From: Chloroflexota bacterium | Lineage (GTDB): Bacteria; Chloroflexota; Limnocylindria; Limnocylindrales; CSP1-4 | Length of the DNA stretch: 49,658 nt | Assembly (NCBI GenBank): GCA_045804705.1 | Contig: JBJMMQ010000128.1 | Location: 1 to 49,658, forward strand | Reading direction: 5' to 3' | Shown here: one piece after another, positions 36,943-44,408 of the stretch | Layout of the letters: every line of letters begins with the position of its first letter | Position numbering within the stretch: the first letter of the stretch is position 1 | Notes under the pieces: generated by a model | The model's input: only the letters and a program-made list of their open reading frames with translations | What the model was told of the DNA's origin: nothing | Database searches by the model: none | Program-made: the position numbers and the translations under genes

Positions 36943-37326
36943 ATGATCGAACAGCAGCCGACGACCATGGTCTCGCTCACAGATGCCGCCGTGCTCAAGC
37001 TCACTGAGCTGACGAAGGAAGAGACCAACCCGGCGATCGGCCTGCGCGTCTACGTCTATTCCGGTGGGTGCTCCGGCTTCCGCTACGGGATGATGCTCGA
37101 GGACGCCCCGACCCCCGAGGATCGCGTGCTCGACGTGAGCGGCATCAAGGTCTACGTCGATGGCCAGAGTGTCGACCTCCTCAAGGGCTCGCAGATCGAC
37201 TACGTCGACACGCTCATGGGCGCGGGCTTCACGGTGAACAACCCGAACGCCGTCGCGGCCTGTGGCTGCGGCTCGAGCTTCCGGACGGCGGACGATGGCG
37301 GGGCTCCGCGCGGATGCGCTCACTGA
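36943..37326 (+). CDS. erpA: Iron-sulfur cluster insertion protein, HesB/IscA/ErpA family
   Basis: 127 aa with a GGAGGGA RBS. GLRVYVYSGGCSGFRYGM (first Cys) and NPNAVAACGCGSSF (CGCG motif). It has an extra 13-aa tail. Confidence 0.85.
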   Translation: MIEQQPTTMVSLTDAAVLKLTELTKEETNPAIGLRVYVYSGGCSGFRYGMMLEDAPTPEDRVLDVSGIKVYVDGQSVDLLKGSQIDYVDTLMGAGFTVNNPNAVAACGCGSSFRTADDGGAPRGCAH

Positions 37327-37367
37327 CCGACTGACATCGGCGGCCGAACGGCCGTCACGCGACCATC

Positions 37368-37397
37368 AAGCCGCCGGGCGACCGGCGGCTTCGTCGT
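37368..37397 (+). terminator. Intrinsic-terminator-like hairpin after the Fe-S carrier gene
   Basis: AAGCCGCCGG-gcga-CCGGCGGCTT is a perfect 10-bp stem, followed by cgtcgtt, which is a weak T-tract. Confidence 0.45.
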
Positions 37398-37423
37398 TCC
37401 CGGAGGACTAGACTCCGGATGCG

Positions 37424-38242
37424 ATGGAGATCCCGCTCTTCCCGCTGCACACGGTCCTCTGCCCGGGGATCGTCCTGCCGCTGCACGTCTTCGAGGATCG
37501 CTATCGCGCGCTCACGCGTCACTGCCTCGACACGGGCGAACCATTCGGCGTCGTCCTGATCCGCGAGGGCGCCGAGGTGGGTGCGACGGAGCGGCCGCTC
37601 GCCATCGCCGCCGTCGGAGCGCTCGTGGAGATCAGGGAGGCGGGCCGCTATCCGGACGGTCGATACGACCTGCTCGCCGCCGCCACCGGCCGGTTCGCGA
37701 TCGAGACCGTTGACCAGGGTCGCGAGCCGTATCTCGTGGCGGACGTGACGCCGCTCGAGGACGAGGTCGGCGACGAGGCGCGAGCCGAGCGCCTGTCGGC
37801 CTCGGCGATCCGCCGGTTCGTTCGCTACCTCGAGCTGATGCGCGCGCGCGATGGCGAGACGACCGAGGTCCTCGACATCCGTGTCGAAGTCGACGGGCGC
37901 GACGGCGGGGAAGACGAGACCGACACGACCGACGCCGGCGCTGCGCGCGGGCCAGCCGAGCCTGAGATCACGCGGTCTGCCGAGGATGCCGCGGAGGCGT
38001 CGCCCGCCGACCGCAAACGCGACCTGGTCATCCCGGACGACCCGACGGTCCTGTCGTACCTGCTCTCAGGCATCGTCCAGCTCGAGCTGCCCCGCCGGCA
38101 GGCGCTGCTCGAGGCCGCGACGACGGTGACCCGGCTGGAGGCGCTCATCCGCCTCCTCGACCGCGAGCTCGTGCTGCTCGCCCACCGACTGAGGCTCTAC
38201 TCGCCCGACGTCGGCACGCTCCGAGGACCCCGCCGCAGCTGA
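37424..38242 (+). CDS. LON N-terminal (substrate-binding) domain protein, stand-alone
   Basis: IPLFPLHTVLCPGIVLPLHVFEDRYRAL...PFGVVLIREG is the LON_substr_bdg pattern. There is no AAA+ or protease domain. It has an acidic low-complexity insert and a helical C-terminus. Confidence 0.75.
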   Translation: MEIPLFPLHTVLCPGIVLPLHVFEDRYRALTRHCLDTGEPFGVVLIREGAEVGATERPLAIAAVGALVEIREAGRYPDGRYDLLAAATGRFAIETVDQGREPYLVADVTPLEDEVGDEARAERLSASAIRRFVRYLELMRARDGETTEVLDIRVEVDGRDGGEDETDTTDAGAARGPAEPEITRSAEDAAEASPADRKRDLVIPDDPTVLSYLLSGIVQLELPRRQALLEAATTVTRLEALIRLLDRELVLLAHRLRLYSPDVGTLRGPRRS

Positions 38243-38273
38243 CTCGCCGCTCAACGCCGTCCGGGCGCGTGGG

Positions 38274-38918
38274 TTACTCGCTGAACCGCTCCTCTTTCCA
38301 GGGGTCCGCGTCGTTGTTGTAGCCGTAGCGTTCCCAGAAGCCGAGCTGGTCGTGGTCGAGGAACTCGAGGCCGCGGATCCATTTGCTGCTCTTCCAGAAG
38401 TAGCGCTTCGGGATGACCAGCCGGAGCGGGTAGCCGTGCTCGAGCTCGAGCGGCTCGCCGCCGAACGTGTCCGCCAGGAGGACGTCATCGTCGTCGAGCA
38501 CGGACAGCGGGACGTTCGCGGTGTAGCCCTGTTCGGCGTGGGAGACGACGTGGGTCGCGTTCGGTCGCACGCCGGCCATCTCGAGGATGGTCTGGATGGC
38601 GACGCCTTCCCAGTCGGTGTCGAGCTTCGTCCAGCGCGTCACGCAATGGATGTCCGTGTGGACCGTCTTGCGCGGCAGCTCCTTGAACTGCGCCCAGGTC
38701 AGCGTGAACGGCGAGTCCACCTCGCCCCAGACCTTGAAGTCCCACGTCGCCAGATCCGTGTGTGGGACGGACCCGTAGTGGAGGACCGGGAACTTGTCGG
38801 TCTTGTACTGACCTGGCGGGATCCGTTCGGCCATCGCCGGATCCTGTTCCTTGGTGCCGAAGAGTCGTTCGAACATGGCGGATTGCGTCCTCGTGGGCTG
38901 CTGGGGTGCGGTCGGCAT
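38274..38918 (-). CDS. Sulfite-oxidase-like molybdopterin oxidoreductase (YedY/MsrP-fold, no signal peptide)
   Basis: FPVLHYG, DIHCVTRWTKLDTDWEGV (Mo-ligand Cys region), EHGYPLRLVIP and WKSSKWIRGLEF. An alternative start lies at MFERLFG. Confidence 0.75.
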   Translation of the reverse strand: MPTAPQQPTRTQSAMFERLFGTKEQDPAMAERIPPGQYKTDKFPVLHYGSVPHTDLATWDFKVWGEVDSPFTLTWAQFKELPRKTVHTDIHCVTRWTKLDTDWEGVAIQTILEMAGVRPNATHVVSHAEQGYTANVPLSVLDDDDVLLADTFGGEPLELEHGYPLRLVIPKRYFWKSSKWIRGLEFLDHDQLGFWERYGYNNDADPWKEERFSE

Positions 38919-38986
38919 CGTCTCACACGCCGATGACGGTTCGGTGTCCCCCGGGCCGCCGGTGCCGCCTGCGGTACCCTTCGCCC

Positions 38987-39760
38987 GTGCCGACGCTCGA
39001 TCCAGCCAGCGCCCCGCGTCTCGTCATCGTCATGCCGGCGTACAACGCGGCACGGACGCTGGAGCGCACCTACGCCGATATCCCGCACGCGCTCGTGCAC
39101 AGGATCATCCTCGTCGACGACGTGTCCCGCGACGAGACTGTCGACATCGCCCGACAGCTCGGTCTCGACGTCATCATCCACAGCCAGAACCGTGGCTACG
39201 GTGGCAACCAGAAGACGTGCTACGACGCGGCTCTCGCCGCAGGCGCGGACATCGTCGTCATGCTCCATCCCGACTACCAGTACGACGCGACGAAGATCCC
39301 GGCGCTGATCGCGCCGATCTCTGACGGTACGCACGACCTGATGCTCGGCAGCCGATTCCTGGGCGACCCGTTGGCTGGTGGCATGCCTCGCTGGAAGTAC
39401 ATCAGCAACCGGTTCCTGACGGGCCTCGAGAACCTGGCGTTCGGTCTCCACCTCTCCGAGTACCACACGGGCCTTCGCGCCTACAGCCGACGATTGCTCG
39501 AGACGGTCCCGTACAGGCTGAACAGCGACGACTTCGTGTTCGACCAGGAGCTGATCGCCCAGGTCGTCGCGGCAGGCATGGCGGGACGGATCGGCGAGGT
39601 GGCGGTCCCGACCCGCTACTTCGAGGAGGCGTCGTCGGTCGGCTTCCGCCGGAGCGTCGTCTACGGCCTGTCGACGCTGCGCGTCGTCGCGCGCTACATG
39701 TTGCATCGCACGCGCGTGCGGCGGTCGGCGAAGCTTGCGGCTCGCCGCCGGCCGGACTGA
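38987..39760 (+). CDS. Family-2 glycosyltransferase (polyprenyl-phosphate sugar transferase-like)
   Basis: From GTG 38987: RLVIVMPAYNAARTL, ILVDDVSRDET (DxD region), HSQNRGYGGN and LHPDYQYD. Confidence 0.8.
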   Translation: MPTLDPASAPRLVIVMPAYNAARTLERTYADIPHALVHRIILVDDVSRDETVDIARQLGLDVIIHSQNRGYGGNQKTCYDAALAAGADIVVMLHPDYQYDATKIPALIAPISDGTHDLMLGSRFLGDPLAGGMPRWKYISNRFLTGLENLAFGLHLSEYHTGLRAYSRRLLETVPYRLNSDDFVFDQELIAQVVAAGMAGRIGEVAVPTRYFEEASSVGFRRSVVYGLSTLRVVARYMLHRTRVRRSAKLAARRRPD

Positions 39761-39767
39761 GGGAGGC

Positions 39768-40793
39768 ATGCGGATCGGTCGCGGGGCGCTCCTCCGCGCA
39801 GTCCTCGGCATCGCGATCAGTCTCTTCGCGATCTGGGTCCTCATCGGCTCGGTCGATCTCGAGGCTGCGTGGACGGTCCTGAGGACGGCCTCGCCGGCGT
39901 GGATCGCGGTGATGCTGATCACCGCCACCATCGACATCGGCGCTCGTGGAGCACGCTGGCGGGCGCTGCTCGCCCCGATCGCGCCGCTGCCGTATCGGCG
40001 TGTCCTCGGGTACACCTACATCGGCTATCTCGCGAACAACGTCCTGCCGGCACGGCTCGGCGAGCTGTACCGGAGCCACGCGCTCGGTGACGGCGAGGGC
40101 GTCAGCCGGACGACTGTCCTCGGGACGGTCGTCGTCGAGAGGGTCGTCGACACGATCATGGTCGTCGCCATCGCCGCGCTCGCGGTGCTCGTCCTGAGCG
40201 TTCGGGGCGTCATGACGAGCGCGGTGTTGCTTGGCCTCGCGTTCGTGAGCCTGCTCGTGATCGCCCTCGCGGTCGGGATGTTCGCGCACCGTCTCCCGGG
40301 CGCCAGCCGGGTCGAGGCCATCATCGCCCGGCGCCCGCGGCTCCTCGAACTGGCCAGGCGACTCCGCGAGGGCCTCGCGGTCGCCGGACGGCCGCGCGTC
40401 GTGGCGATCGCGATCGCGTTCAGCGCCGTCGCGTGGAGCGCGTCGATCCTGACCTTCCTCGCCGCCGGGCAGGCCGTCGGCGTCGAGCTGACGGTGGCCC
40501 AGGCAGCCCTGCTGTGCAGCGGCGTGGCCCTCGTCTCGATCGTTCCTGCAGGTCCGGCGAACGCGGGCACGTTCGAGTTGACCGTGGTGCTGATCGCCGA
40601 GGGCTTCGGGATCTCGCGCGATGACGCGTTCGCGATGGGCCTGCTCGTCCACCTGATGGTCCTCGCGACGACATCGGTCGGTGGGGTCATCGCGCTCGTC
40701 GCCTACCGCCGGCGTCGAGCCATCGCCGCGGCTGATGCCGATCGTCCGGTTGCGGTCGTGCCCAGCGGCGAGGACGCGGACGCACCGGCGTGA
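39768..40793 (+). CDS. Flippase-like / lysylphosphatidylglycerol-synthase TM-region family membrane protein (UPF0104)
   Basis: ATG 39768 follows GGGAGG. It has about 8 TM helices. RWRALL...YIGYLANNVLPARLGELYR is typical of this family. The stop overlaps the next gene start (GTGA). Confidence 0.7.
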   Translation: MRIGRGALLRAVLGIAISLFAIWVLIGSVDLEAAWTVLRTASPAWIAVMLITATIDIGARGARWRALLAPIAPLPYRRVLGYTYIGYLANNVLPARLGELYRSHALGDGEGVSRTTVLGTVVVERVVDTIMVVAIAALAVLVLSVRGVMTSAVLLGLAFVSLLVIALAVGMFAHRLPGASRVEAIIARRPRLLELARRLREGLAVAGRPRVVAIAIAFSAVAWSASILTFLAAGQAVGVELTVAQAALLCSGVALVSIVPAGPANAGTFELTVVLIAEGFGISRDDAFAMGLLVHLMVLATTSVGGVIALVAYRRRRAIAAADADRPVAVVPSGEDADAPA

Positions 40794-42793
40794 CCGGGGA
40801 TCTGCCGCACGTCTTCGAGCCACTGCAGCTGCGCCATCGGACGCTCCGGAGTCGCATCACATTCGGCGCTCATACGGCGAACATGGCCGAGGACGGACTT
40901 CCGGGAGCCCGGCACATCGGCTATTACCGGGAGCGCGCGCTCGGCGGTGCCGGGATGATCGTCGTCGAGCCCGTCCCGGTCCACCGGACGGGTGTCCTGA
41001 CCCGCGGCAACTTCCGCCACGACGATGACGCGATCATCCCGGCGTTTCGTCGGGTCACTGACGCCTGTCGCGACGCGAATCCGGATGTCGTGCTGATCCA
41101 CCAGCTCTATCACGTCGGCCAGCACGGCGACGCCGACAACTCGTTCGCCCCGAACTGGTCGCCGTCCGGGCTCCCGTCCTACCACGACGCTGACGGCAGT
41201 CACGCGATGAGCGAGGCCGAGATCCTCGAGCTCATCGACGGGTTCATCGGCGCGGCGGGGCGCGCGCGGGCGAGCGGCTTCGACGGGATCGAGGTGTTCG
41301 CCGCGTACCACGCCGTCGTCGACCAGTTCTGGGGCACGTGGTCGAACCGGCGGACCGATGGCTGGGGCGGATCGTTCGACGGGAGGATGCGCTTCTCGGC
41401 GGCGATCCTCGGCGGGATCCGGGAGGCCTGCGGCGACGACTTCATCGTCGGGCTCGCAGTCAGTGCGGATCCAGGGTCGCCGGCGATGCTGTCAGTCAGT
41501 GAGCTGTGCGACGTGGTCGCGTGGCACGACGAGCGTGGTCTGATGGATTACGTGACCTGCGGCACGGGCTCCTATTTCGACTTCCACCAGATCATCCCGC
41601 CGTCGCTGTACGACCAGCGGTTGGGGGAACCCTTCGCGGCGGCCCTGAAGGGCATCGTCCAGAACGCGAAGGTCCAGGCCGAGAGCCACATCCGGACGCC
41701 GGCCGCCGCGGAGGAAGTCATCGCGGCCGGGCACGCGGACATGGTCAGCATCGTCCGCGGCCAGATCGCCGACCCGCACCTGGTCGCCAAGGCGCGGGCC
41801 GGCCGCGCCGACGACGTCCGGCCGTGCATCTCGTGCAACCAGCTGTGCTGGGGCCGTCGGTCGCGCGACTACTGGATCTCGTGCCTCGTCAACCCGTCGG
41901 CCGGGCGTGAATGGGAATGGGGCGGCGATCGGTTCGAACCCGCCGCCCTGCCGCGTCGCGTGCTCGTCGTCGGTGGCGGGCCGGCCGGGCTCGAGGCGGG
42001 TCGGGTGGCCGCCGAGCGAGGGCACGTGGTCACGCTCTGGGAACGCGGCGACGCACTTGGCGGCCAGTTCCGGCTGGCCGGTCTCCAGCCGTCGCGGGGA
42101 CAGATCACTGACCTCATCTCGTGGCACGAACGCCGGCTCGCGGCGCTCGGCGTCGACGTCCGCCTGGACTTTGACGCCACCGCGGACGTCGTCGCCGCGT
42201 TCGGGGCGGACGAGGTGGTCGTCGCCACTGGCGCTCGGCCGGCCCGCGCCGGATTCCAGCGGGCTCTGCCGATGGTCGACCGGCTCCCCGGTGTTGAGGG
42301 AGCGGAGGTCGTCGCGATCCACGACGTGCTGGACGGCACGCGCGGCGCCGCGGGCCGTCGTGGGCGACGTGTCCTCGTCCTCGATGACCTCAACGACTGG
42401 CGCGGGCTCGGCACCGCGCTCGCACTCGCCGAGGCCGGGCACGAGACGACCATCGTGACGTCCGCCCCGGTCGTCGCGGGCGGCCTGTTCCACAGCGCCG
42501 CGGACGGTCCACTTCGAGCGCGGTACGCAGCCGCCGGCGGGCGGTCGGTCACGAGCGCGGTGATCACCGGCTGGGAGAAGGGCCGAGCGACACTCAGGTC
42601 GCTCCCGGCCGGCGTGGAAACGACGATCGAGGCCGACACCCTCGTCATCGCCGAGACCGCCATCTCGGAGACCACCCTCGCGACTGACGTCACCGCACGA
42701 GGCATCGACTTCCACCTCATCGGCGACGCCGTCGCTCCCCGTCGGGCAAGCCTCGCCTTCTACGAGGGTCGAGAGCTCGCGCGACGGCTCTGA
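40790..42793 (+). CDS. OYE-like FMN domain + 4Fe-4S + FAD/NAD(P)-binding flavoprotein (2,4-dienoyl-CoA reductase / trimethylamine dehydrogenase family)
   Basis: 667 aa. The N-terminal TIM-barrel reads FEPLQLRHRTLRSRITFGAH, GFDGIEVFAAYHAVVDQFW and NRRTDGWGGS. The Cys motif CISCNQLCWGRRSRDYWISC sits at 41825-41884. A Rossmann motif VLVVGGGPAGLEAG follows. Confidence 0.8.
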   Translation: MTGDLPHVFEPLQLRHRTLRSRITFGAHTANMAEDGLPGARHIGYYRERALGGAGMIVVEPVPVHRTGVLTRGNFRHDDDAIIPAFRRVTDACRDANPDVVLIHQLYHVGQHGDADNSFAPNWSPSGLPSYHDADGSHAMSEAEILELIDGFIGAAGRARASGFDGIEVFAAYHAVVDQFWGTWSNRRTDGWGGSFDGRMRFSAAILGGIREACGDDFIVGLAVSADPGSPAMLSVSELCDVVAWHDERGLMDYVTCGTGSYFDFHQIIPPSLYDQRLGEPFAAALKGIVQNAKVQAESHIRTPAAAEEVIAAGHADMVSIVRGQIADPHLVAKARAGRADDVRPCISCNQLCWGRRSRDYWISCLVNPSAGREWEWGGDRFEPAALPRRVLVVGGGPAGLEAGRVAAERGHVVTLWERGDALGGQFRLAGLQPSRGQITDLISWHERRLAALGVDVRLDFDATADVVAAFGADEVVVATGARPARAGFQRALPMVDRLPGVEGAEVVAIHDVLDGTRGAAGRRGRRVLVLDDLNDWRGLGTALALAEAGHETTIVTSAPVVAGGLFHSAADGPLRARYAAAGGRSVTSAVITGWEKGRATLRSLPAGVETTIEADTLVIAETAISETTLATDVTARGIDFHLIGDAVAPRRASLAFYEGRELARRL

Positions 42794-42853
42794 TCGTCCT
42801 CGCAGCCGTACCATGTGGGTCCGCGGATCTGCGCTCCCACTCGAGGTGATCAG

Positions 42854-44401
42854 ATGGCAGTCCCCGACCTCGAACACCCGTCGGCGCGACGCGGTCGTGC
42901 CGCACGCCAGACCGAGCGCTTGGCACGCCACATGGACACCGTCCCGTACCTGACCCGGCGGCTCGCGCCAGTCGAGGTGATCTCCACCGAAGGCCTCGAG
43001 CAGATCGAGGCGAACGCCGACACGCTCCTCGAGGAGGTCGGCATCGAGATCGTCAACTTCCCCGAGGCGACCGAGATCTTCCGCAACGCTGGCGCTGACG
43101 TGACAGGCCAGCGCGTCCGGTTCCCCCGCGGCATGTGCCGCCAGCTCGTCCAGGCGACGGCGCCACGCGTGTTCACCCAGGTCGCGCGAAACGCCGCCCG
43201 GAGCGTGCAGATCGGCGACCCGTACATGGTCCTCGTTCCGACCTACGGCTCGCCGTTCATCCACAACCTCGACGACGGACGTCGCTACGCCACGATCGAG
43301 GACTTCCGGAACTTCGTGAAGCTGACCTACACGAGCCGGACGCTCCACCACGGCGGCGGGACCCTGTGCGAACCGGTCGACCTGCCCGTCAACAAGCGTC
43401 ACTTCGAGATGGTCTACAGCCACATCCGGTACTCGGATCGCGCGTTCATGGGTTCGGTGACTCACCCGAGCCGGGCGCAGGACTCCGTCGACATGGCACG
43501 CATCGTGTTCGGCGCGGACCGGATGGAGCGCGAGCACGTGATCATGGGCCTCGCGAACGCGAACTCGCCCATGTCCTGGGACTTCAACATGCTGGGCTCG
43601 GCCAAGGTCTACGCCGAGAACAACCAGATCATGCTCATCACGCCGTTCATCCTCGGCGGCGCGATGGCTCCGGTCACGGTCGCGGCACAGGCGACCCAGA
43701 CGCTGGCCGAGGCGCTCGCCGGGATGGCGTTCTGTCAGATCGTCCGGCCCGGCGCGCCGGTCATCTTCGGATCGTTAGCGTCGTCGATGTCGATGCAGTC
43801 GGGAGCTCCGACGTTCGGGACCCCGGAACCCCAGCTCGTGCTGTTCGTCCTCGCCGCCCTGTCGCGACGCCTCGGCGTCCCGTTCCGCAGCGGCGGCAAC
43901 TTCACGGCCTCCAAGCTGCCCGACTACCAGGCGGCGTACGAGAGCGCGATCAGCTACATGGCGACGATGCAGGCCGGGGTCAACTTCAACCTGCACACGG
44001 CGGGCTGGCTCGAGGGCGGGCTGGCGATCGGCTACGAGAAGTTCATGCTCGACGAGGACCAGGCGTCGATGACGGAGGCATACGTCAAGGGCGTGGATGT
44101 CACCGACAACGGCTATGCCCTCGATGCGATGCTCGGCGGCGGCCCCGGCCAGCACTTCCTTGGCTCGCCGCACACCCTGGCCAATTTCGAGAACGCGTTC
44201 TGGCGGTCGGAGCTGTCGAACAACGACTCCTTCGAGCAGTGGGAGATCGACGGCGGCCTCGATGCCGCGCAGCGGGCGAACCGTCGTTGGAAGAAGCGCC
44301 TGGCCGAGTACGAGCAGCCGCCGCTCGACGACAGTGTCCACGAGGAGCTCGTCTCCTGGATGGACCAGCGCAAGGGGAGCTTCCCCGACTCTGACGTCTG
44401 A
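42854..44401 (+). CDS. Trimethylamine methyltransferase (MttB) superfamily protein, non-pyrrolysine type
   Basis: 515 aa from ATG 42854 (GAGGTGA RBS). Its full length and layout resemble MttB/MtgB-type betaine:corrinoid methyltransferases, judging from segments such as LEQIEANADTLLEEVGIEI, ITPFILGGAMAPVT, SGAPTFGTPE and GYEKFMLDEDQ. There is no in-frame TAG. Confidence 0.7.
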   Translation: MAVPDLEHPSARRGRAARQTERLARHMDTVPYLTRRLAPVEVISTEGLEQIEANADTLLEEVGIEIVNFPEATEIFRNAGADVTGQRVRFPRGMCRQLVQATAPRVFTQVARNAARSVQIGDPYMVLVPTYGSPFIHNLDDGRRYATIEDFRNFVKLTYTSRTLHHGGGTLCEPVDLPVNKRHFEMVYSHIRYSDRAFMGSVTHPSRAQDSVDMARIVFGADRMEREHVIMGLANANSPMSWDFNMLGSAKVYAENNQIMLITPFILGGAMAPVTVAAQATQTLAEALAGMAFCQIVRPGAPVIFGSLASSMSMQSGAPTFGTPEPQLVLFVLAALSRRLGVPFRSGGNFTASKLPDYQAAYESAISYMATMQAGVNFNLHTAGWLEGGLAIGYEKFMLDEDQASMTEAYVKGVDVTDNGYALDAMLGGGPGQHFLGSPHTLANFENAFWRSELSNNDSFEQWEIDGGLDAAQRANRRWKKRLAEYEQPPLDDSVHEELVSWMDQRKGSFPDSDV

Positions 44402-44408
44402 CGGTCCG

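Noticed and set aside
42854-44401. In-frame amber codon (pyrrolysine) in the MttB-family gene
   Set aside because: The ORF is uninterrupted from ATG 42854 to TGA 44401 and no pyl genes are present. It is a non-Pyl member.
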